Virus record (IMG/VR): IMGVR_UViG_3300010351_001916
Origin: an uncultured virus (IMG/VR IMGVR_UViG_3300010351_001916)
Lineage: Duplodnaviria > Heunggongvirae > Uroviricota > Caudoviricetes
Reading direction: 5' to 3' (one strand)
DNA: 20,000 nucleotides
Below are positions 9,001 to 16,016 of this stretch, in pieces. Position 1 is the stretch's first letter. Each line of letters starts with the position of its first letter. Under the pieces are notes generated by a model that had not been told where the DNA came from, did no database searches, and saw nothing but the letters and a program-made list of their open reading frames with translations. A program made the position numbers and the translations under genes.

Positions 9001-12000
9001 CTGCTCCTCTGGACCCGCGAGAGCGAGAGTTCGGTCATCGGACCATGGGGCGGATCACGATCGATCTGCTTCGGCTGTCGTTGCCGCTGTCGTCGCCTTC
9101 GCTCGCGCATGACGCGAGCTGGCTGCTCGAGGAGCTTGCGCTGGGCGAGCCGGAAGCCTCGAAGCTGCGGTTCGCGGCCGCGCATCTGCTGTTGCTGCCT
9201 GGCCCTCTGATGCACCCCGACGCGGTGAGCGTCGCGGGTCGCATGCTGGGCCTCGTGAGCGTACCGCCCGACGCACGGGCGTTCGGGGCGCTGGTTGAGC
9301 GTCTCCGATGGGTCCGAGACCTGGCTGGCCCTGCTTCGCCTGTGGTCCCGCCGGCAGCCGAGCTCCGCGGCCCGTTCGACCACCTCCCCACCTGGCTCGT
9401 TGACCAGGTGCATGGGCGCGACGGGACAGTCGCCCCGGACGAGCTCGCACTCGCTGCCTCTTCCCTTGCCACGGTCGTCCGAGCCCGACCGGACGTTGCC
9501 GACCCTCTGCTCGCGATGGCCATCTCCGCGCAGCACAAGCTCTCGGGGAGGCAGCGGAAGGAGCTGCTCGACGCTGTCTACTCGGCGGTTCAGTCCGCCG
9601 GCGAAGTAGGGAACGAGACCTGGCCGCGTCTGCGCGGAGCGCTCGACGGCGTCCAGAAGAAGCACCACCACCCAAAGCTTGCGAACATCCGGTCGGCGAC
9701 AAGGCACTCGTCGTCCTCAGAGCGTCGTGCGCCGATGACGCGGCAGGGCACGGCCAGCGTGCGGAAGCACATCACCACCGTGCACGTCGGAGGCCGGCAA
9801 CGAGCGAGGGATTGCTTCGAGCGAGGCGTGGGGCTGATGGATAGCCTTCGCCTCGACCGCTACGCTGCTGACGCCGGCCTGCGGCTCTCCCAGTCCCGCG
9901 CGCTTCTGGAGGAGGCGGTTGCCATCGCCCGGAAGAAGCGGATGCCTGAGCTGTTCGATTTCTTCGTCTCCTACGGCAACGCCTGGAAGATGAGCCCGGA
10001 CGAGGACGTGGCAAAGGCGCTGCGCATCTACGAGTCCGCAGCGAAGCTCGATGCTCTGCCGGAGCAGCAGGCCAAGCTCTGGAAAGTCCAGGCGGACGCT
10101 CTGCGGCTGAGGGGCACCGCGGATGACCTCCGACGAGCTGACCGACTCCTCGAACGAGCGTGTCGCGTCCGGAGCGGGCGCTGGCTCGCCGAGACCCTGA
10201 TGTCCAGGGCGGAGGTTGCCCTCGTGCATCCCGATCTTGACGACACCGCTCGGGAGAGAGGGGCCGCCTCCTTCACGATGGACGCGGTGAGGGCACACCG
10301 TGGCTTCGGAGACCAGGATGGGGTTGTGGGCTTCCTGCTTCATCGGCTCTCGGCATGGAAGAGGCTGCAGCCCAACGACGCAACGCCGGCGCGAGTTCGC
10401 GACGAACTCAAGGCTATCTACCCGTCCCGCGCCGCTCAGATCGATACCCGGGTGCTTCGCCTCACAGACCGCGAGGTCGAGAGCATCGTCGCGGTGATGG
10501 GGCACCCCGCAGGCAACGCCTTCCTGAAGATCCGAACGCGACTGATGGCCGCCAGCGACCGTGGCCTGGACGGTTTCCTGAACCAGTTCGGCCTCCCGGC
10601 GAAGGAAGCGGTAACGGAACAGATGGAGCGCGACTCGCTCGTTGGGCGCCCCGACCTCGCCGAGGAGGTCCTCGCCTCGTTGGTAGTCTCCGCAGACGAA
10701 GCGGCGCGCCCAGGCATGCTCGCGGGACGAGTCGTCCTGTTGGCGTACCTCGCTCGCATCGGGCGACGGACCCTAGACGAGGTGCGGACAGCCACCGCCG
10801 AGGCGATCGCAGCAATCGGTGACGTCGAGGAGATCCTCGTTCGGTCGACGCTGCTGCGAGAAGTCGCGGTCGCCTGGGCTCCCGACGACCACGCCGAGGA
10901 TCCCGTCCGCGACTTCGCCCTCTCGGTAGATCTGCTCCGACGGTGCCTCACGTGGGAGGGTGGAGAGGAGAGCGCGGTGGGCGACACCCTCGCCTTCCTG
11001 GCCCGCGCCCTACGCTACTCGCCCGCCGGCGACCTCCAGTCGAATCTTCGTGAGGCTCGACGGTTGTATGAGCTTCGCCTCGAGCGCGCGCGTGCGGCCG
11101 ACGGCCCAGACGTAATCGCCAACCTCGTGCACAACCTGGCGGACGTCGAGAGCCAGATGGGCACGGGGAGCCGCCTTGAACGCATGCGCGCCGCCGAGCA
11201 GCGACTGGAGGAAGCAGCCTCGACAGCGCAGTCGCCCCACAAGAAGGCGCAGTACATAGGCAACCTCGCCTGGGAGCGAACGCAGATCGGCACGTTGATC
11301 GGAGGCTCCGAAGGCAGGGGGTACATCGAGAAGGCCCTCGCCACCTTCGACGAAGTGGACCAGACGCTGCTCGACGAACATGGGAGGAGGAACGTCGCGG
11401 GCAACCGCCGCGTGTGTGAGGCCACCCTCGCCAGGCTCGTCGGCGGACGAGTCGCCGAGATCGCGTCGTGGCGGGAGCACCTGGCGACGCTCGACGACCG
11501 TGCAGCCCCGAACAGCGTCGCGACCGCGAAGCACAACCTCGCCGACGCCCTGATGTTCGGCGAAGACGTCACTCGCGCAGCGCTGGCCGAGGGGCTCCGG
11601 CTGTCGCGCGAGGCCGCCGAGGTGAGGACGCTCGAGGCGAACCCGCGGCATCACTGGGAGACTTCTCTCAACATCGGGCGCGCGCTCGTCGGCGCCCTGG
11701 CGACGGGGCGCCTCGACATCCTTCCGCTCCCGCCAGGCCAGGCGGCGGCAGAGGCCGGATTGTGGCTGCGTCGAGCGGCCGCCGCAGCGCGCATCCTGGG
11801 GCCCGGCGAGGAGCTCCTCGACGCGGCCTTCGCCCTCTGCGCGCTCGCTGCTGGTGCGCCCACGCCGGAGGCCTTCATCGATCACACCGAGGAAGCGTGG
11901 ACGCTGGTTCACGAGGCTTTTGCTTACCTACTGCTTCACCCCCAAAGCCGAGGGCGCGAGGCCTGGTCGGCTACGAGCATGGCGGCGCAATTGGCATACA

Positions 12001-13397
12001 GGCTCGCGGAGCGCTCCCTCGCAGTTCCATCGCGCGGGCTCGCCTTCGTCCTTCACGGCGAGAGCGCTCGGCTCGTGGAGCGCTGGATCGTCCGAGCCCA
12101 GCAGCCCGCGAGGCGACCGCTTCAAGCACGGCTCTCCCGCCCGGAAGCTGTGTCGGCGTCTGTATGGGACGCATGGCGGAACGCCGTCGGATCCAGCGAC
12201 CAGCGGCAGATGGCGGACGCGCTCGATCGAGTACGAGAGGCCGCCCGCTCGTTCCTCGCCGAGGATCACGCCAACGACGTGACGTTGCGCTGGCTCCAGG
12301 CACGGCCGGGCAGCGTCGCGGTGGCCCTGATCCTCGCCGAGCCCGTGTCCCTGGCGCTGCTCATGCAGGCGGACGGGACCGGCGAGCGCAAGACCTGGGT
12401 ACTCGGTCTCGAGCTGGGGCCACCACCGCTTCCCCTCGATGCGCTGACGGGCTTGATGAGCGGGGCCGTCCCAGGGCCGAGCGCCCACGCTCTGCTCGAC
12501 GCACTCGCTCAGTGGATCAGGCGGGGTGTAGTGGAACCTATCGAGCGGTTTCTTGGCGAACCCCCGACCGCGGTCTTGTGGAGCCCAGGACCTGGCCTTC
12601 GTCTCGTCGCGCCCAGTGCCGTCTGGCGCACTGTCCCGGTGGCAGCGACGACTTCCCTCGTGCTCCCTGACCTCACCTCCTCGCCGAGTCGGCGCCGCTC
12701 ATCGCTGGTCATGCTCGCCGACCCCGGTGCCCAGACGCCAGATCCGCGGCTCGACCTCCGCGGTCAAGGCGTGCCGACCTTGCAAACGCTCGAACGCGCG
12801 GCTGCTCGACGGGGCCCCGTGCGACTGCTGGGGAGCGTCGGGGAACGCTTCGGGCGAGCGCTTCTCGGAGAGCGCTCGGAGGTTCGCGACACCCCTGCCA
12901 GCGCCCGCGACGTCATGCTCGAAGCGGCGGAGCACGAGGTCATCATCCTCGTCGCACACGGCGAGGTTGAAACGCTGGGGGATGCGGCGGTGCTGTGCCT
13001 TGATGCATCCGGAAGCATCGACCGGCTCGACGTCGCGCAGCTTGGGCGGTCACCCGATGCTTTCGCTGGGGCCACCGTGCTTTTGCTCTCGTGCGAAGGT
13101 GGGCGGATGGGCGACTCGTTGATCGAACCAGGAGGCCTCGCAGGAACACTGCTCTCGGCCGGCGCCGCTTGTGTGGTCGCCCCCTTGTGGCCGGTGCGTC
13201 TGGACGCCGCCGAGCAGGTCGGTCGGGCAGTGCTCGAAGGCATGGCCTCGGGCGACGAGCCGTGGACCGTCCTGGCGAAGCTCGACCTGCACGCGCATGG
13301 CGACTCACCGACGTTGGGCAGGCCGGCACCTTCGCTGTCGGAGCGACGAGCGGAGCAGGCTCTTCAGCGCCTAGCCTTCGTCGCATGGGTAGGCTGA
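6027..13397 (+). CDS. Giant TPR-like alpha-helical repeat protein with a C-terminal CHAT (caspase-like) protease domain
   Basis: 2456-aa ORF with Ala/Leu-rich helical repeats. The C-terminus has IILVAHG (His codon 12957-12959), VLLLSCEGG (Cys codon 13092-13094) and GLAGTLLSAGAACVVAPLWPV, all CHAT signatures. Confidence 0.88.
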   Translation: MRSFDDLLRRLDAAEAKDWEEEYARAAVELTRDQASAVVCSERVYAHWFAFRFDAGPPGEPLPTTEAALEAVLLGNDGSPLDAYRVVFGSPPVAEDAPVDLRLALLCNAAACALKQDTSWFATWLAACAGLAAIALGSPERAWPFLDGLTTAGRRHPHLDKLAMFEPLRRSEAAQWSPWVRAVICRLWPKLGVPVVPSLPFPDVGADEAPLEDTLDELSRIGAIEVRALVEAFVEELDSVDLERRADEPLVRELRARAMGGNLVPPTVDRVPSWFPGWALAVARAGEAHLARLAGLVLRGVDSDAEQLAAMLVLPAARAADLEVLAEGLDAPELQPLFAELTVAREALPFEVADALVAAALPRHIRYVEALGVLAQHVELLQGVGATPGGVVNHIATTLRALIEGRQREHEVVRPILERVTAEVGREAGRLSTVGRRLSAADVERASAKIGVPEVTTGLLEAATEATSGLPVLNRLLLALALRRAVGETDHKDHWEAPLAKLASDSIYALGEPQLFDLRLRLLDEAIQAAHPGMPNAKLYFQRANTRGATRAGDVRSTELALADLHTAIRLARAEGNSGLCAASTAAWVKALVWSATDDGAGRSDRLAEAESAIADALELPLDPIDRAAVHQARAHLVRLGSPAESVSAFEAALALLMPEDPFWTEIAAEIVATLLRVDRLEEAVQRGTEYLNQVRGDGIGIAFGMLHLALGEAHLASGHWDEARRQLESGLQLVRGRDTLNEALARLHLAQLGLAAGDNALSEEHLRFLRDHQEELDPLTRRDLDILEAAALAAQGDTAQQRAMLARTLSTVKDECVSVGLRLEIARLDLAAGRPVNGLDGLILLGLETELEPRHEAVLTDLLCDRDESLAPSTREEALRWARQRPPSILARLQHQAGRTAEARSTLRAALAGDLIDNHERFGCTHLLMTLLDSEQHDERRALCGELERLLDAVEDVPHVRLDLAAGMWMAASDELGVVLRARAHALRALAAPLDPREREFGHRTMGRITIDLLRLSLPLSSPSLAHDASWLLEELALGEPEASKLRFAAAHLLLLPGPLMHPDAVSVAGRMLGLVSVPPDARAFGALVERLRWVRDLAGPASPVVPPAAELRGPFDHLPTWLVDQVHGRDGTVAPDELALAASSLATVVRARPDVADPLLAMAISAQHKLSGRQRKELLDAVYSAVQSAGEVGNETWPRLRGALDGVQKKHHHPKLANIRSATRHSSSSERRAPMTRQGTASVRKHITTVHVGGRQRARDCFERGVGLMDSLRLDRYAADAGLRLSQSRALLEEAVAIARKKRMPELFDFFVSYGNAWKMSPDEDVAKALRIYESAAKLDALPEQQAKLWKVQADALRLRGTADDLRRADRLLERACRVRSGRWLAETLMSRAEVALVHPDLDDTARERGAASFTMDAVRAHRGFGDQDGVVGFLLHRLSAWKRLQPNDATPARVRDELKAIYPSRAAQIDTRVLRLTDREVESIVAVMGHPAGNAFLKIRTRLMAASDRGLDGFLNQFGLPAKEAVTEQMERDSLVGRPDLAEEVLASLVVSADEAARPGMLAGRVVLLAYLARIGRRTLDEVRTATAEAIAAIGDVEEILVRSTLLREVAVAWAPDDHAEDPVRDFALSVDLLRRCLTWEGGEESAVGDTLAFLARALRYSPAGDLQSNLREARRLYELRLERARAADGPDVIANLVHNLADVESQMGTGSRLERMRAAEQRLEEAASTAQSPHKKAQYIGNLAWERTQIGTLIGGSEGRGYIEKALATFDEVDQTLLDEHGRRNVAGNRRVCEATLARLVGGRVAEIASWREHLATLDDRAAPNSVATAKHNLADALMFGEDVTRAALAEGLRLSREAAEVRTLEANPRHHWETSLNIGRALVGALATGRLDILPLPPGQAAAEAGLWLRRAAAAARILGPGEELLDAAFALCALAAGAPTPEAFIDHTEEAWTLVHEAFAYLLLHPQSRGREAWSATSMAAQLAYRLAERSLAVPSRGLAFVLHGESARLVERWIVRAQQPARRPLQARLSRPEAVSASVWDAWRNAVGSSDQRQMADALDRVREAARSFLAEDHANDVTLRWLQARPGSVAVALILAEPVSLALLMQADGTGERKTWVLGLELGPPPLPLDALTGLMSGAVPGPSAHALLDALAQWIRRGVVEPIERFLGEPPTAVLWSPGPGLRLVAPSAVWRTVPVAATTSLVLPDLTSSPSRRRSSLVMLADPGAQTPDPRLDLRGQGVPTLQTLERAAARRGPVRLLGSVGERFGRALLGERSEVRDTPASARDVMLEAAEHEVIILVAHGEVETLGDAAVLCLDASGSIDRLDVAQLGRSPDAFAGATVLLLSCEGGRMGDSLIEPGGLAGTLLSAGAACVVAPLWPVRLDAAEQVGRAVLEGMASGDEPWTVLAKLDLHAHGDSPTLGRPAPSLSERRAEQALQRLAFVAWVG

Positions 13398-14875
13398 AGC
13401 TCTCGTGCACGAGCCACAACGTCGCCCCTTGTGGACGCCTCCTTCAGCACCTGCGCCATGCTCAGGCCGACGAGCGGCGTCTCCCCCGCGATGATCACGA
13501 CCAGTGCCTGCTCGTGTGCGCTCAGTCGCCACAGGTCCCCGTCGACGTCGGTGAAACGCTCGGTAACTTCCCAGCCGTCCGGGTGCTCAGCGTCAACGAC
13601 GAAGACGCGGTAGTGAGGCGCTCCGGGAGCTGGACGCCCGCGAACCGCCCACTCGTCGTTGGCGACGTCGGACCCACCCATCGTGGGCGCCAGATGCGAC
13701 ATGGTCAGCCCCTCGATGCTTCGATCGATCCAGGTCGCCGCGGCGTCGGTCGCTCGCGTCGCGATGTCCGCGATCTGGTCCCGCCAGCTAAACCACCGAG
13801 GCTCTTGCGGGATGAGGTCATCGGCGAGTCGTGAAGCTGGGCGGATCCACGGGGCCCCCTCCCGCGCGAGCGCCGCCGTGCATGCATCCTCCACGGCGCC
13901 CCACAGCCGCACAGCCAGGCTCGGCTGTGCTGCGAAGGCGTGCACGCGATGACGCGCACGATCGCCGATGTGCGCCCACTCCGCAGGCAGCCACGGAAGC
14001 AGCATCTCTGCCTCATCGCAGAACGCCTCGGCCTCTGACTCCGCACCCACGGCGGCGGCGACTGCGAGGAGCTCCTCGGCCTCAGCAAGGACGGCTTCGA
14101 GATCTTCCGGGCGTGCCTCCTTGAGGGCACCCGCTAGCCGCCCCACCAGAGGCTCCCATCCGAGAGCCCCTCGTAGCTCCTCCATTACCGAGTCGGGCGT
14201 CCCGGAGAGGGACTTCTCGGCGGCGGGTAGCGCGTCGCGGACCGCGGGTACATGCCGAAGGAGCCGACCGTAGCCCACAGCCGATGCCTGCCACCACAGC
14301 TCCCTCGCCGTCGAGGGCAGCCTAGACACACGCCGGAGGTTCTCGGCAACGGTTGGTGCAAGCTCATCCACGTTCACGCCGGTCTCCTTCCGGAAATACC
14401 AGACCCCATGTCGGCGGAGTTCGGCCTCATCCCAATCGACGTCTTGGAGCGGCGGATGCGGACGAAATGCCGTGACGACCCAACTCCGAGGCCGGTCGAG
14501 CTGGACGACGATGAAAACGCAGCGCGGGGTCAGCGCCTGGTGCCGGTGCGAGGCGTCCATGGACGGCGTCCAGACCGTCTCGAGGGACGACATCTCCGCG
14601 GAGTAGGCGGGCGCGTAGGCGGCATCGTGGTGAGCGACTAGCAGATCCCTCGCTCGACGCCATCGCTCCCCGGCCAGACGTGGGAGCGCGCTATTGCTGG
14701 CACGAGCGGCGCCCACGACGTCCTCGGCTTCGAGACGCATTGCCGCGACGTCGATGCTGCAGACCCGCTCCCAGTGCTCGTGCGGGTTATAGAAGTGCTG
14801 CCAGACCTTCTTCGGGCAGAGCTTCCGCGGGATGAGCTCGATCGGTCCCAGCGACGGATGCGTCCATGCGCTCAT
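13364..14875 (-). CDS. Hypothetical 503-aa protein coupled to the ECF sigma factor (candidate anti-sigma or protease substrate)
   Basis: Long ORF with GGAGG RBS and ATGA overlap with the sigma stop. No obvious TM segment and no recognised family. Confidence 0.75.
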   Translation of the reverse strand: MSAWTHPSLGPIELIPRKLCPKKVWQHFYNPHEHWERVCSIDVAAMRLEAEDVVGAARASNSALPRLAGERWRRARDLLVAHHDAAYAPAYSAEMSSLETVWTPSMDASHRHQALTPRCVFIVVQLDRPRSWVVTAFRPHPPLQDVDWDEAELRRHGVWYFRKETGVNVDELAPTVAENLRRVSRLPSTARELWWQASAVGYGRLLRHVPAVRDALPAAEKSLSGTPDSVMEELRGALGWEPLVGRLAGALKEARPEDLEAVLAEAEELLAVAAAVGAESEAEAFCDEAEMLLPWLPAEWAHIGDRARHRVHAFAAQPSLAVRLWGAVEDACTAALAREGAPWIRPASRLADDLIPQEPRWFSWRDQIADIATRATDAAATWIDRSIEGLTMSHLAPTMGGSDVANDEWAVRGRPAPGAPHYRVFVVDAEHPDGWEVTERFTDVDGDLWRLSAHEQALVVIIAGETPLVGLSMAQVLKEASTRGDVVARARELQPTHATKARR

Positions 14876-15582
14876 GCTCCGTCCTCCTCGAGCTGCGCCC
14901 TCAGCTTCTCGCGGGCCCTGGATCGACGACGGCGAAAGCGCTCCATCCTCATCCGACGGATCTCGGGATCGTCCGGATCGTCATCGCCGGGATCGAATAT
15001 GGTCGTGAGTGCGTACATGTCGTCCGCGGCGTCGATGGCATCGCGAAGGCCTGAGGCATTGGAACCTGTGCGCTCGGCGAGCCAAAAGACCTCTTCCTCA
15101 GTCAGCCACTCCGGGGCGAGTTCGAGCTTGAGTACCACACGGTCGGCCGGCGACAGGCGAGCGAGGGCAGCGTGAACTCGCGCCCGCTGCTCGTCGCGCA
15201 GCACAGCATGAAGTGGGGAAGCCGAAGGCTCCGCCGGGATCTCCCACTCACCTGCTCCAGTTTCGAGCGAGGACTCGCGCTTGCGCGCGCGAGCGCGATA
15301 GCAGTCGATGCAGTGGTTGCGGAACGTGCGTCTCAGGTAGGCTCGTAGGTCGGTGATGTCGTCCGGGAAACGGCTCTCCACGAGCCGCACGAGCAAGTCC
15401 CGGAGCGCATCCTCGACGAGGTCTTCTGGCCAGGAGCGGCGGACCAGCGCTGGAGTCATCAGTCGCAGCTCGCTCTCGATGAACCGCAGGACCGAGCGCC
15501 CGACTTCCGGGCGACGCTCTTCGTGCCACTGCACCAAGAGGTCTAGAGCGTTGTCCCAGGATGCGCGCTGCTCCTCAGTCAT
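14872..15582 (-). CDS. ECF-type (sigma-70 group 4) RNA polymerase sigma factor
   Basis: Region 2: LVEDALRDLLVRL...DLRAYLRRTFRNHCIDCYR. Region 4: VHAALARLSPADRVVLKL...RSRAREKLR. ATG 15582 is preceded by GGAGAG. Confidence 0.82.
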   Translation of the reverse strand: MTEEQRASWDNALDLLVQWHEERRPEVGRSVLRFIESELRLMTPALVRRSWPEDLVEDALRDLLVRLVESRFPDDITDLRAYLRRTFRNHCIDCYRARARKRESSLETGAGEWEIPAEPSASPLHAVLRDEQRARVHAALARLSPADRVVLKLELAPEWLTEEEVFWLAERTGSNASGLRDAIDAADDMYALTTIFDPGDDDPDDPEIRRMRMERFRRRRSRAREKLRAQLEEDGA

Positions 15583-15709
15583 CGCGCTCTCCGTCGGGCG
15601 TCGCCGGACGCACCCGCTTGTCGATCCTCTGGGCCATCGTGTACGCGGTCTTCTCCCCGATCTTGAGGAGGGCTGCGAGCTCACGGATGGTCAGGATCTC
15701 GTCGTCCAC
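15575..15709 (-). pseudogene. Excisionase-family (HTH_17/MerR-like) DNA-binding gene, apparently internally deleted (44 aa)
   Basis: DEILTIRELAALLKIGEKTAYTMAQ is the typical N-terminal HTH, but the usual wing (G-x-LP-x-FKV-x-GQWRF) is missing. GAGG RBS before GTG 15709. Confidence 0.7.
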
Positions 15710-16016
15710 GCCGGGCACCTCGCGCCAGAGCGACGACCGGTAGATACCAAAGAACACCAATGTTCACAACGCGAGTCGGCCCGACGCGGCCCGACGCGAA
15801 GCGATCGCTGCTCGTCCTCGCGCCGACGCGTTGGACCGCGTGCCGGAAGGACCGGCACGAAGATTTCCTGGCAGCGGCTCCGGACTTAACGTCAACGTCG
15901 ATCGAGAGCCCGGTGCACAACGAAAGGCGCGCGCCGGACTCGGCGAGGGGCGCGCAGAAACCTACCCGGGGATGACCCGGGCAAGGCTCCGCGCGCCTAC
16001 TCTCCTGTAGAAAGCG

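Noticed and set aside
6100..13400. Many antisense and alternate-frame ORFs within the CHAT gene
   Set aside because: Expected shadow ORFs in high-GC DNA, with no motifs.
15776..15798. Short tandem GGCCCGACGC repeat and GTCGG-c-CCGAC dyad
   Set aside because: Only two short copies in very GC-rich DNA, so plausibly chance.
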